Shown in pieces: positions 18,203 to 27,326 of a DNA stretch of 64,000 nt. The DNA is taken from the NCBI GenBank assembly GCA_964654385.1, contig CAZZIV010000001.1, forward strand, positions 935-64,934, in the 5' to 3' direction. Both the position numbers and the translations under genes were made by a program. The number at the start of each line of letters is the position of its first letter. Positions within the stretch are counted from its first letter, which is position 1. The notes beneath the pieces are model-generated. The model saw only the letters and a list, made by a program, of their open reading frames with translations. It searched no databases and was not told where the DNA came from. The stretch comes from an uncultured Acidobacteriota bacterium (GTDB lineage: Bacteria > Acidobacteriota > Polarisedimenticolia > Polarisedimenticolales > Polarisedimenticolaceae).

Positions 18203-18678
18203 AGATCCTTTTTGTTTGCAGCGGAAACATTTGCCGCAGTCCGATGGCGGAGGAATACGCCAGGCAGAGGGCCTCTCAGTGCGGTATGAGCCACCTGGTC
18301 GTCGAATCGGCCGGCACACTCGGAATCGAAGGGGCCTCCGCTTCTGCGGAAGCGGTTCAGGCGATGGCGGAACTCGGGTTCGATCTTTCCTCCCATCGAT
18401 CCAGGGGACTCCGCTCCGAGGATCTTCGGACCGCCGATCTCGTCCTGGCTATGGATCACCGGCACCTGGAGGAGATCGCGCGCCGCTTCCGTCCAGGCGA
18501 CACACCGGTCCGGCTGCTCCGGGCCTTCGAATCCGGGCCGGACCCGGCCCCGGGAGCACCGGACCTGGCCGATCCGATCGGTTCTCCGGTGGCGGTCTAC
18601 CGGAAGCGGCTCCAGGAGATCATCGATTCGGTGGACAACCTTTTGATCTATCTGCGACACGGCGGGTGGAACGATTGA
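18199..18678 (+). CDS. Low-molecular-weight protein-tyrosine (or arsenate-type) phosphatase
   Basis: 159 aa from the ATG at 18199, in an ATGA overlap with the coaX stop. CX5R(S/T) P-loop CSGNICRSP, with a DP loop (LADPIG). Confidence 0.9.
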   Translation: MKILFVCSGNICRSPMAEEYARQRASQCGMSHLVVESAGTLGIEGASASAEAVQAMAELGFDLSSHRSRGLRSEDLRTADLVLAMDHRHLEEIARRFRPGDTPVRLLRAFESGPDPAPGAPDLADPIGSPVAVYRKRLQEIIDSVDNLLIYLRHGGWND

Positions 18679-19280
18679 AACCTACGGCGATCCGGTATGT
18701 CCGGCGGTTGGAAAGAGCTCTCTCCCTGCGGAGCGAAGGGCCGCGAGTGTTCACCCAGCGGGACTGGGGACTGGCGACCCGCTGGCATAACATGGGCATC
18801 CCCGTCGGGATGGTCCTGGAAATCCTCAAGGAAACGCGGCTCGGAAACCGAGGTCTTGCCCGGATCGCCCGGAAGGTGGAAGAGTCCTGGGAAGCGGTCG
18901 CATCGGGCCGGGCCGAAACCGTGTCCCGAACCGGTCTCGATCCTGGGCCGGAAAAGGCGGACTGGATCGGGCGGATGGAACAGGCACGGGAACAGGCACC
19001 CGGGCCGGTCGGGCGACTCCTGGATGAAATCCTGCGAAAGCACCGGGAGGGGCGAGAGGCACGGGAGTTGGAGAGGATCCTTGCCGAACGCCTCCCGGAG
19101 GCGGTTCCCTCGGAGATCCTGCAGGAGGCCCTGCAAAGCGCGGAGAGCAGCTTGGCGTCCCAACGAGGCCGGATGCCCCCGGATGCGTTCCGGAGAACCT
19201 TGGAACGGGCCGTTCTCTCTCGCCTAAAGGCGAAATACGAAATTCCGAAGATACACCGGACCGTTTCCGAAGGGGACTGA
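18675..19280 (+). CDS. Hypothetical protein (helical, Arg/Glu-rich)
   Basis: About 201 aa if started at TTG 18675, which overlaps the phosphatase stop (TTGA). The same ORF extends upstream to 18135, but only by overlapping the phosphatase gene out of frame. No family recognised. Confidence 0.5.
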   Translation: MKPTAIRYVRRLERALSLRSEGPRVFTQRDWGLATRWHNMGIPVGMVLEILKETRLGNRGLARIARKVEESWEAVASGRAETVSRTGLDPGPEKADWIGRMEQAREQAPGPVGRLLDEILRKHREGREARELERILAERLPEAVPSEILQEALQSAESSLASQRGRMPPDAFRRTLERAVLSRLKAKYEIPKIHRTVSEGD

Positions 19281-19346
19281 TCGATCGTCTCTCCCGGGCC
19301 GCATCGTCCCGAGAGGAAGTGGCGGTTCGGGCGGTCCGGTCCTACA

Positions 19347-21755
19347 TTGGAAACATACCGGCGGTTCCCTGCTTCCTCCTGCGGACCGGCTTTGCGTTTT
19401 TCGGATCGTTATCCGTGCTCCCTCCTGGCTCTGGGACATTTGGCCGGCCGTCTGGTCGCGAACGGTTCTCCCTGGATCGGAGGCGGCACCGGGATGCTCC
19501 TGGGCGCGTTTTTCCTTTCCCGGTGCCGGAGAGAACTGCTGCTGCCTTGGACGACTTTCACTCTGTTCCTGGTCGGATTATGGATCGGAGGCCCGACCCC
19601 GGTACCGAGGATGGAGACACGGGTTTTCCGGGAGCACCCTGTGACCGGTCTCCTGGATCGATCGCCGGAACCGGCCCTGGAAGGGGAGCGGATCCTGCTG
19701 ATGCGGGAAGATCGAACGGGGAAGCGATACCGGCTCCGGGTCGGTCCTTCCACACCGGAGGTGATGGAATCCCTGGACCGGAGAATGGCCGGAGACCATG
19801 TGCGGGTCTGGTGCCGGTCCGGGGTCCCCACCGGGTACGGGAATCCGGGAGCCGGCGACCCTGCCGCCCGTCTTGCCGCCGCCGGAATCCAGGAGATCGG
19901 TACCGTCAAGAGCGCTCGGCTGGTGGAACTGATCGCGACGGGTCGATGGAGCCCGGCACGGGCGGCGGATCAGGTTCGTAATGATCTTCGGAGGGGGCTG
20001 TGCCGTGTGGCCGGTCACGACCCTGTCGTTCTGGGGGTTCTCTCGGCCATGCTCCTTGGAGAGCGAGCCGGACTGGACCCGGCCGTCTCCCGAACGATGC
20101 GGCGGGCCGGCTTGTTTCACCTGATCGCCATCAGCGGCTTGCATGTCGGATTGATCCTCCTGGTGGTTCTTCGATTCTTCCGGAGGGTCCCGGTTCCGAA
20201 ACCTGTAAGGATCGCGGCCATGCCTGTGACCCTGGCCGCTTTGATCCTTTTGACAGGCGGCCGGGCATCGGTGTTACGAGCGGCCCTGGCCGCCGGCCTG
20301 GCCGGGGCCGGACGGGCGCTGGGGAGGGGCGGGAATACGATCAATACCCTGAGCCTGGCCGGATTGGTCCTGCTCCTCCTGGATCCGCCGATCCTTCAGG
20401 ATGTGGGGTTCCAGCTCAGTTTCGGCGCGGCGTTCGGGATCGTCCTCGGCTGGCGTCCTCTCCAGGCGGCGGTCCCTCTGCCCAGGTTTCTTTCGGCGCC
20501 CTGGGCGGTTTCCGCCGCGGCGTACCTGGGAACCGCTCCATGGAGCGCCCTCCGGTTCGGCACACTGGCTCCTGCAGCCATGCTCACCAACCTGGTCTGC
20601 GCTCCTCTCTGCGGAGGGATTCTCCTGGGCGGTTACCCGGCGGCGGTCCTGGCCGCCTGGGGAGGGGACGGCGGCCTTCCTGGAACCCTCGCCGTGGCAG
20701 CCTGCAGGGTTCTCCTCGGCCTGGCCGAGTGGGGAGCGCGGATCCCCTTCGGAACACTACGGGTTGCCGAACCCCCCACCTGGATCCTGCTCGTCGTCCT
20801 GACCGCTCCGCTTCTCTTGCGGAGAGGGGGCCGGAGAGCCTCCCTCGCGGATAAATTTCCTCCCGTCCTGGTCCTGTTCGCGTTCATCCTCCTTCACCTG
20901 GGAAGAATCCCGGGACCGCCGGAAGGCGGAAACGTTCAACTGGTTCTCCCGGATGTCGGCCAGGGCCAGGCGGTCCTGATCCACCGTGGGGACCGCTCGA
21001 TCCTGATCGATGCGGGGGGGAACCGTTCGCCCGGGTTCGATCCGGGAGAACGTCTCGTCTCTCCGGTCCTATCCAGGGACGGGATTCACCGGTTGGAAAT
21101 CCTGGCGCTCACTCACGAACACATCGACCACGCCGGAGGCGCAGCGGCGATCCTCCGGGATTTCGAGGTGGGCGATCTCTGGATCGCTCCGGGGATGCAC
21201 AGGTCGCCCCGGATCCGCCGGCTGGAGGCTCTCGCACGGAGGAAGGGAGCCGGAGTCGTGATGGCGGCCCGCGGGAGATCGCGCCGAGGGCCGGACTTCT
21301 CCGTCGCGGTGCTTCATCCTCGAACCGGAGATGCAGGCTCCGCTGTGAACGAGCGCTCCATGGTTCTGAGGATCGAGGCAGGACGGCGTTCGATCCTGGT
21401 GCCGGGGGACCTTGAGAAAATCGGGGAGGTACTTCTTCTGGGCCGGTCCTTCCGCGGCCCTCCGGCCTTGCGCCTGAACGCTGAAGTACTGGTGGCTGGG
21501 CATCACGGCGCCGGGAACAGCACGGGGCGGCCGTTTCTCTCCGCGGTGAACCCGGCCGTCGCTGTAATCTCCGCCGGCAGGCGGAACCGGTTCGGTCATC
21601 CGGATCCGAACACCCTCCGTAGATTGGAGGAGAGCGGTGCTTCCGTTCTGTGCACCGCCCGATCCGGGATGATCCGGCTGGAGGGAGGGACGGACGGATG
21701 GAGGATCATTCCTGGAAGTAGAAAGGGGAAGGCAGAAAACAGAGCAGGAAGATGA
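19347..21755 (+). CDS. comEC: DNA internalisation competence protein ComEC/Rec2
   Basis: 802-aa polytopic ORF with the competence domain (AGLFHLIAISGLHVGLI) and a C-terminal metallo-beta-lactamase domain (DVGQGQAVLI, HEHIDHAGG). The exact start is uncertain. Confidence 0.9.
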   Translation: METYRRFPASSCGPALRFSDRYPCSLLALGHLAGRLVANGSPWIGGGTGMLLGAFFLSRCRRELLLPWTTFTLFLVGLWIGGPTPVPRMETRVFREHPVTGLLDRSPEPALEGERILLMREDRTGKRYRLRVGPSTPEVMESLDRRMAGDHVRVWCRSGVPTGYGNPGAGDPAARLAAAGIQEIGTVKSARLVELIATGRWSPARAADQVRNDLRRGLCRVAGHDPVVLGVLSAMLLGERAGLDPAVSRTMRRAGLFHLIAISGLHVGLILLVVLRFFRRVPVPKPVRIAAMPVTLAALILLTGGRASVLRAALAAGLAGAGRALGRGGNTINTLSLAGLVLLLLDPPILQDVGFQLSFGAAFGIVLGWRPLQAAVPLPRFLSAPWAVSAAAYLGTAPWSALRFGTLAPAAMLTNLVCAPLCGGILLGGYPAAVLAAWGGDGGLPGTLAVAACRVLLGLAEWGARIPFGTLRVAEPPTWILLVVLTAPLLLRRGGRRASLADKFPPVLVLFAFILLHLGRIPGPPEGGNVQLVLPDVGQGQAVLIHRGDRSILIDAGGNRSPGFDPGERLVSPVLSRDGIHRLEILALTHEHIDHAGGAAAILRDFEVGDLWIAPGMHRSPRIRRLEALARRKGAGVVMAARGRSRRGPDFSVAVLHPRTGDAGSAVNERSMVLRIEAGRRSILVPGDLEKIGEVLLLGRSFRGPPALRLNAEVLVAGHHGAGNSTGRPFLSAVNPAVAVISAGRRNRFGHPDPNTLRRLEESGASVLCTARSGMIRLEGGTDGWRIIPGSRKGKAENRAGR

Positions 21756-22617
21756 GCAGCATCATTCCGGCCAGGATCATGCGGGTCCGTCCGAGGGGGA
21801 GCGGTTCATAAATCAGGCGCGGATGCTTCGACCGCATCCAGAGAAGGATTCCGCACCAGACCGTGTAGACCGAGGGTCGGCGCTCCAGGATCAGGGTGCC
21901 GAGCACCACCGCCAGGAGAAGAACGACCGTGGCCAGGGAGAGAACCCTGTGAACCCGCCTGGAAAGGGCGTAGACGATATGTCCTCCGTCCAATTGCCCC
22001 ACAGGAAAAAGGTTCAGGCCGGTGATCAGGATGCCGAACCAGGCGGCCACGTACAGGGAACCGACCTGGACCGAGGTCGTTCCGTGGAACAGGTTCATGA
22101 GTCCCCAGGTCAGGAGGCTGTCGCCCAGGCCCAGGCTGTCCGGCGACACCGCTCCCTGGATCGGAACGGCGCCGAGGGAGGCGTGTACGAGGACCGGCAG
22201 CGCCACGACGAAGCCGGCCAGGGGGCCGGCGGCGGCGATATCGAACAGCGCCCGCCGATCGGGGATCGCGCCCCGGATCCGGATGATGGCGCCGAAGGTG
22301 CCGAAGAACAGGCCCGGGAGAAAGAACGGCAAGGTGGCCGGAATCCTGTAATGACGGCAGGCCAGATAATGTCCCATTTCGTGGGCGCCGAGGATGGATA
22401 AGACCGTCAGAGCATAGGGTACGGCTGGAAGAAAGGCTTGGGGGAATAACGGCCAACGGTACCAGGGTTCCCGGTAGAGATCTTCCGGCACTCCCTCCAG
22501 AAATAGGGCGCCGAAGAGAGCCACCGTTCCACAGGTCAGGAAGAAGAACAGAAGATTCCACCAGGGAAACGGCTTTCCCTTTTTGGACGGTAGAGAGTGT
22601 ACGTTTTCCTGGTGCAT
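21706..22617 (-). CDS. Site-2 protease family (peptidase M50) membrane metalloprotease
   Basis: 303 aa from the ATG at 22617. HExxH motif HEMGHY sits in a TM helix, with several further TM segments. The upstream ORF extension is R/P-rich and non-coding-like. Confidence 0.85.
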   Translation of the reverse strand: MHQENVHSLPSKKGKPFPWWNLLFFFLTCGTVALFGALFLEGVPEDLYREPWYRWPLFPQAFLPAVPYALTVLSILGAHEMGHYLACRHYRIPATLPFFLPGLFFGTFGAIIRIRGAIPDRRALFDIAAAGPLAGFVVALPVLVHASLGAVPIQGAVSPDSLGLGDSLLTWGLMNLFHGTTSVQVGSLYVAAWFGILITGLNLFPVGQLDGGHIVYALSRRVHRVLSLATVVLLLAVVLGTLILERRPSVYTVWCGILLWMRSKHPRLIYEPLPLGRTRMILAGMMLLIFLLCFLPSPFYFQE

Positions 22618-22804
22618 CCTGACAGTATATCTCCGCTCGGATCGTCGATCCGTCCGTTGTCCTCCGGAGGCGACGGATGTCCTCCCGGGATGTCCACACC
22701 ACCGGGGAAACGCCCAGGACCCATGCTCGATTTGACGGTATGAGTTTTGCAAACGACAATGGAGAAGGAGCCAGGCGGCCTCGACAACAGTTTGGAGGTA
22801 AAGG

Positions 22805-23782
22805 ATGAAACCCGGGGCTTCGATTCGCTTTTCCGTTTTCGTCAGCGCGGTGATGGTCCTGACCCTCGGGATCGGCCCGGTATTGCCGGCGGATTCAGGA
22901 AAGGGCGCGCGGTCACGCCCTTCCGGCGTGTCCTCCGCCGGACACCGGTCTTCGGAAGGGCGCTCAACACCGAGAAACCGCGCGGGCAGGCCGGGGCAAC
23001 GGGGATCGAGCGGCGGACGTGTCCCAGTGAGCGGGCGGTCCACCTGGCGCCGGGGAGGCTCGATCTCCTACTACGGATATCCGTACGTCCTGGATCCCTG
23101 GTTCGGCGTCTTCGACACCTACGGTTGGGGCGGCTGGTATTACGGCTACCCATGGATCGGCGGGCCGATCGTCTATCCGTATAATCCGCCGCCCTACGAT
23201 GTGGTGCAGGTTCGAGGGGGGGCGGCCGATCCGGGCGCTCCGGCGTTGATGGAAATCAATGTTCGACCCAGGAAGGCGCGCCTGGAACTGGATGGGGAGG
23301 ATCTCGGGAAAGCCCGCGCGTTCGATGGGAGGCGGAACCTTCTTCCTGTGTCGCCGGGAAAGCGGACCCTGTTCTTCCGAGCCGATGGCTATCAGACGTT
23401 CCGCGTGGAGTTGGAAGTTCGTGAGCGAACCCTCTATCGCCTGGAGCACGAGATGGCGAGAGGAGAAGGAGAGGACCCGGATTCGATCCTCCTTCCACCG
23501 GAGCCGAAGCCGGAGCCGGCACCGAAGAGGTCTTCCTCCATCGCTCGCGGTCTTCTGAAAGTTTATGTTCAACCGCCCGACGCGGCCGTCTACCTGGACC
23601 GGGAGTACCTAGGACGGGCCGGTGAGCTGGCGGAACTCCACGGTGCCCTCCCGGTGGCGGTCGGCTCGCATATTCTCGAAGCGGTGCGTCCGGGCTACCG
23701 GCAGGCTTCACGTCGAATCGATGTGCGGAAAGGGGAACCGTCGCGGGTCCAGCTTTCACTGGAACCGGTGAAGGGACCCTGA
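22805..23782 (+). CDS. Exported PEGA-domain protein with basic low-complexity and aromatic/Gly-rich N-terminal regions
   Basis: 325-aa ORF with a signal-peptide-like N-terminus (MKPGASIRFSVFVSAVMVLTLGIG). Two PEGA-like beta domains (LMEINVRPRKARLELDGEDLG... and LLKVYVQPPDAAVYLDREYLG...GSHILEAVRPGY). SD GGAGGTAAAGG precedes the ATG. Confidence 0.75.
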   Translation: MKPGASIRFSVFVSAVMVLTLGIGPVLPADSGKGARSRPSGVSSAGHRSSEGRSTPRNRAGRPGQRGSSGGRVPVSGRSTWRRGGSISYYGYPYVLDPWFGVFDTYGWGGWYYGYPWIGGPIVYPYNPPPYDVVQVRGGAADPGAPALMEINVRPRKARLELDGEDLGKARAFDGRRNLLPVSPGKRTLFFRADGYQTFRVELEVRERTLYRLEHEMARGEGEDPDSILLPPEPKPEPAPKRSSSIARGLLKVYVQPPDAAVYLDREYLGRAGELAELHGALPVAVGSHILEAVRPGYRQASRRIDVRKGEPSRVQLSLEPVKGP

Positions 23783-23795
23783 GCCGACGTGCGGG

Positions 23796-24065
23796 TTACC
23801 GGAGATTCCGCAGATTCTTGCCCGGTTTGAACCGGATCGTCTTTCCGGGGGGGATCCGGACCTCTTTCCCGGTTCTAGGATTCCGGCCGATCCCTTTCTT
23901 CCGGGGTTTCACCTGGAACACGCCGAAGCCGCGCAGTTCGATCCGTTCCCCATTTTTCATCGCGTTCTTCATCGCCGCAAATACCGCCTCCACCGCGTCG
24001 ACAGCCTTGACCTTGGTGATCTTCGCTTCTTCCGCGACCCGGTTGATGATGTCGGCTTTGATCAT
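23796..24065 (-). CDS. HU/IHF-family DNA-binding protein
   Basis: 90 aa from the ATG at 24065 (MIKADIINRVAEE...). Contains RGFGVFQV and the beta-arm GRNPRTGKEVRIP. Confidence 0.92.
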   Translation of the reverse strand: MIKADIINRVAEEAKITKVKAVDAVEAVFAAMKNAMKNGERIELRGFGVFQVKPRKKGIGRNPRTGKEVRIPPGKTIRFKPGKNLRNLR

Positions 24066-24278
24066 CCGGCGAACCTCCTGCACGATCGGCACTTCCATGA
24101 ATCCTCTGGAACGGCCCTAATAGTACGGAGTCCGGGAGGCGCCGTCAAGGGCGGAATAGCCCTAAACCTCATTAGCTGCGTCACTTACAACGCCGGGGAT
24201 CAGAACGCTTGTCCGGCGGGAGGCGGGCGTGCTAGCGTCCTCTCTCCACGAAACAGGACGCAGTCCGGGAGTCGGGAC

Positions 24279-25622
24279 GTGAGCATGCCCCTGGTCGCCA
24301 TCGTCGGCGCTCCGAATATTGGGAAAAGCACTCTTTTCAACCGCCTGGTCGGATGGCGGAAGGCGATCGTCACCGATGAACCGGGGGTCACCCGGGACCG
24401 GAATTACGGAGAAGTGCGGGATGAACGCTTTCCCTTCCGGCTGATCGATACCGGTGGCCTGACACCCAGCCACGCGGCTCCGTTCGCAGCGGAAATCATG
24501 GAACAGGCTTCGGCGGCGATCCAGGAGGCGGCTTGCGTGATTTTCCTGGTGGACGCCGTGTCCGGCGCTACCGCCGTCGACCGGGAAGTGGCGACCTGGC
24601 TCCGGAAACAGGGCCCACCGATCCTCCTGGCGGCCAACAAGGCGGACACGCCGGGGAAGGACGACCTGGTGCACGATCTTTACGATCTGGGACTGGGGGA
24701 GGCGATCCCGGTCTCCGCCGCCCACGGACGGGGGATGGAGAGTCTGTTGGAGGCGGTGACCGAAATCCTGGGCGATCGGATCGAAACCGGGGAGGAGCCG
24801 GCAAGCACCGGGGAGTCGGTTGCCGATCCGGAAATCCGGATCGCCATCATCGGCAGGCCGAACGTGGGCAAGTCGTCGGTATTGAACCGGCTCCTGGGTG
24901 AAGATCGGGTCATGGTCAGTGATCGGGCCGGAACCACCCGCGACGCCATCGATACCGCGTTGACCCACGAAGGGTGCCGGTACCGTCTGATCGATACCGC
25001 CGGCATCCGGAGAAGCGGCCGGGTCAGATTATCAGCGGAAGCCTCATCGGTGCTTCTTGCCAGGAGAAGCATGGAGCGGGCGGACGTGGCAATCCTGGTC
25101 CTGGACGGTTCGGAACCGTTCACCGCCCAGGACGCTCATATTGCCGGGTACGCGCGGGACGCTTTCCGGCCGACCCTGGTGCTGGTGAACAAGTGGGACC
25201 TGGTGGAGGAGCGGGAACAGGCGGCAAAAGACTGGAGCGAAGAGATCCGGTTCAAATTGAAGTTCGCCAAGGAGGTTCCGATCCTTTACGGCAGCGCCCT
25301 GACCGGGCAGCGCATTCTGAAGATCCTGGAAATCGCACGGAGACTCTACACCTGTGCCGGGATCCAGGTTTCGACCCGAGAATTGAATCGATGGCTCCAA
25401 AAAGTGGCGACCCTGGAGCGGGCCGCGCCGGCCAGGGGCCGAAGCATCCGCCTTTTTTACGCCACCCAGACCGGGACCCATCCTCCCTCCTTCCTCCTGT
25501 TCTGCAATCACCCGAAACACGTGCATTTTTCCCTGGAAAGGTTCCTGAAGAACAGCCTGCGGGAAACCTACGGGTTCGGCCCGGCGCCGATCCGGCTTCG
25601 GTTCAAAGGGCGGCGTTCCTGA
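24279..25622 (+). CDS. der: Ribosome-biogenesis GTPase Der (EngA)
   Basis: 447-aa ORF with two tandem G domains (GAPNIGKSTLFNRL and GRPNVGKSSVLNRL, each with DTGG/DTAG and NKAD/NKWD) plus a KH-like C-terminus. Start is GTG 24279 or ATG 24285. Confidence 0.96.
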   Translation: MSMPLVAIVGAPNIGKSTLFNRLVGWRKAIVTDEPGVTRDRNYGEVRDERFPFRLIDTGGLTPSHAAPFAAEIMEQASAAIQEAACVIFLVDAVSGATAVDREVATWLRKQGPPILLAANKADTPGKDDLVHDLYDLGLGEAIPVSAAHGRGMESLLEAVTEILGDRIETGEEPASTGESVADPEIRIAIIGRPNVGKSSVLNRLLGEDRVMVSDRAGTTRDAIDTALTHEGCRYRLIDTAGIRRSGRVRLSAEASSVLLARRSMERADVAILVLDGSEPFTAQDAHIAGYARDAFRPTLVLVNKWDLVEEREQAAKDWSEEIRFKLKFAKEVPILYGSALTGQRILKILEIARRLYTCAGIQVSTRELNRWLQKVATLERAAPARGRSIRLFYATQTGTHPPSFLLFCNHPKHVHFSLERFLKNSLRETYGFGPAPIRLRFKGRRS

Positions 25623-25712
25623 CGGTTGCATATTGGTTATCGGGAGATTATGTTCGCTCCCGGAACCAGAATGCCCGGAAACATTTCGAATTGATGAGGG
25701 AAGTGTCGCGTT

Positions 25713-27269
25713 ATGGTGCTTTTTAATTATTCGACCAAGGAATTGACGGCGAAGATCGTCTATTACGGGCCCGGCCTCTGCGGGAAAACCACCAATCTGC
25801 AGTATATCCACGCCAACTTGCCGGGTACCGTCAAAGGGAAGATGCTTTCCCTGGCTACGAAGACCGACCGGACCCTGTTCTTCGACTTCCTTCCGCTGGA
25901 CCTGGGAACCATTCGAGGGATGAAGACACGGATCCAACTTTACACGGTTCCAGGACAGGTGTTTTATAACGAAACGCGGAAACTGGTGCTGAAAGGGGCG
26001 GACGGTATCGTCTTCGTCGCCGATTCCCAGGAGACGATGTCCGGGGCGAACGTGGAGGCATTCAAGAACCTGGAGGAAAACCTGAAGGCCCATGGCCTGA
26101 ATCTTTCCGAGATGCCCCACGTCATCCAGTTCAACAAGCGCGACCTGCCCAGGTTGGCGAATGTGGAAGAGCTGAACGCGACCCTCAACAAGTACAACGC
26201 TCCTTTCTATGAATCGGTGGCCACCACCGGGATCGGAGTCCAGGACACCTTGAAGGCGATCACCAAGCTGGTTCTGCTCCACCTGACGCAGAAATACGAT
26301 CCGGCCTCCGGCAAGAGTTCCCGGCCACGGCCGGATGCCGCTCCGGCTGCTCCTGCCGCGCCGCAGGCGGAAACGCCCGCCCCCGCCCCTCCCCGGGAAA
26401 CCGGCGTGCCTCTCTCCATGCCTGCCGCACCACCGATGGCCGCAGCGGCTGCCGGAACCGAGACCGTCCAGATCGGGATGCCCCTTCCTCTTTCAGGTCC
26501 GCCGGAAGAAGACTCCCCGGTCCTTCCCGATCTTCCGCCTGCGCCTGCCGAATTCACTCCTCCAGCCGAGGAAGAACCGGTTCCCGATTTCGGAGACAGC
26601 GATATCGACGAGCTGGTGGAAGAGGTGGAGGAACACGAGATCGGATCGGAGATGACCGCCGACCCCGCGGAGAGCCTGGAACCTCTGGAGAACCTTGAAC
26701 CGGCGTCCTCTCCGGATCCGGCCCTCGGACTGACCGGGGACCAGGAACCGATGGAGGAGCCGTCGGATCATCCTCCCGCTTCCGAGTGGATGCCGATTCC
26801 GGAACCGGAACCGCTGGGGGAATCTCCTGAATTCACCCTGGAGGCCGACTCGTTCCCTGAAGAAATCGATCTGCCCGCCCCTGATGAGCCCGCGTTCCCT
26901 GCACCGGACCCGGTCCCGCAGCCCACTATGGAGCAGGCGCCGCCCGTTCCGGCGGACACGTCGTCCCCGTTCGAAGTTGACCGGAATTTCGACCCCGAAT
27001 ATGCCGGAATGCCAGCATTTGCTCCCGAATCCCAAGTTGAGCCTGCTCCGGAACCGTCCATCGAATCGGCGCCACAAGCGGAAGAGTCCGCTCTCCGGTT
27101 GACCCAGGTGGCCGGAAACGATTCCCTCTTCCAGGATCCCAACCTGGAAGTGGTGCGGCTGGATGCCGGCACATCGACGGAGGTGGTGATCCCGGTGGAG
27201 ATCGGAAACGGGACCGACCGGCGTCGTTTCAAACTATCCCTCCATCTCCGCCTGGACCGGAACGACTGA
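25713..27269 (+). CDS. MglA-type Ras-like small GTPase fused to a long Pro/Glu/Ala-rich C-terminal extension
   Basis: 518-aa ORF. The first ~195 aa match MglA motif for motif: NYSTKELTAKIVYYGPGLCGKTTNLQYI, DRTLFFDFLP, YTVPGQVFY, QFNKRDL, ATTGIGV. The remaining ~320 aa are P/E/A/D-rich and end in a non-repetitive ~50-aa segment. Confidence 0.85.
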   Translation: MVLFNYSTKELTAKIVYYGPGLCGKTTNLQYIHANLPGTVKGKMLSLATKTDRTLFFDFLPLDLGTIRGMKTRIQLYTVPGQVFYNETRKLVLKGADGIVFVADSQETMSGANVEAFKNLEENLKAHGLNLSEMPHVIQFNKRDLPRLANVEELNATLNKYNAPFYESVATTGIGVQDTLKAITKLVLLHLTQKYDPASGKSSRPRPDAAPAAPAAPQAETPAPAPPRETGVPLSMPAAPPMAAAAAGTETVQIGMPLPLSGPPEEDSPVLPDLPPAPAEFTPPAEEEPVPDFGDSDIDELVEEVEEHEIGSEMTADPAESLEPLENLEPASSPDPALGLTGDQEPMEEPSDHPPASEWMPIPEPEPLGESPEFTLEADSFPEEIDLPAPDEPAFPAPDPVPQPTMEQAPPVPADTSSPFEVDRNFDPEYAGMPAFAPESQVEPAPEPSIESAPQAEESALRLTQVAGNDSLFQDPNLEVVRLDAGTSTEVVIPVEIGNGTDRRRFKLSLHLRLDRND

Positions 27270-27326
27270 GCCGAGGGACCTCGACCGCCGCCGTCATGGG
27301 TGCGAGAATAACCAACGGAGGAAACC

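Noticed and set aside
18135-18674. The upstream 180 codons of the 381-aa ORF 18135-19280.
   Set aside because: This part overlaps the well-supported LMW phosphatase gene in another frame and is R/G/P-rich. Only the part after TTG 18675 is retained as a hypothetical CDS.
25641-25662. The hairpin CGGGAG-N10-CTCCCG between der and the MglA-like gene as a terminator.
   Set aside because: It has only a 6-bp stem and no downstream T tract. It may be incidental or a minor mRNA structure.
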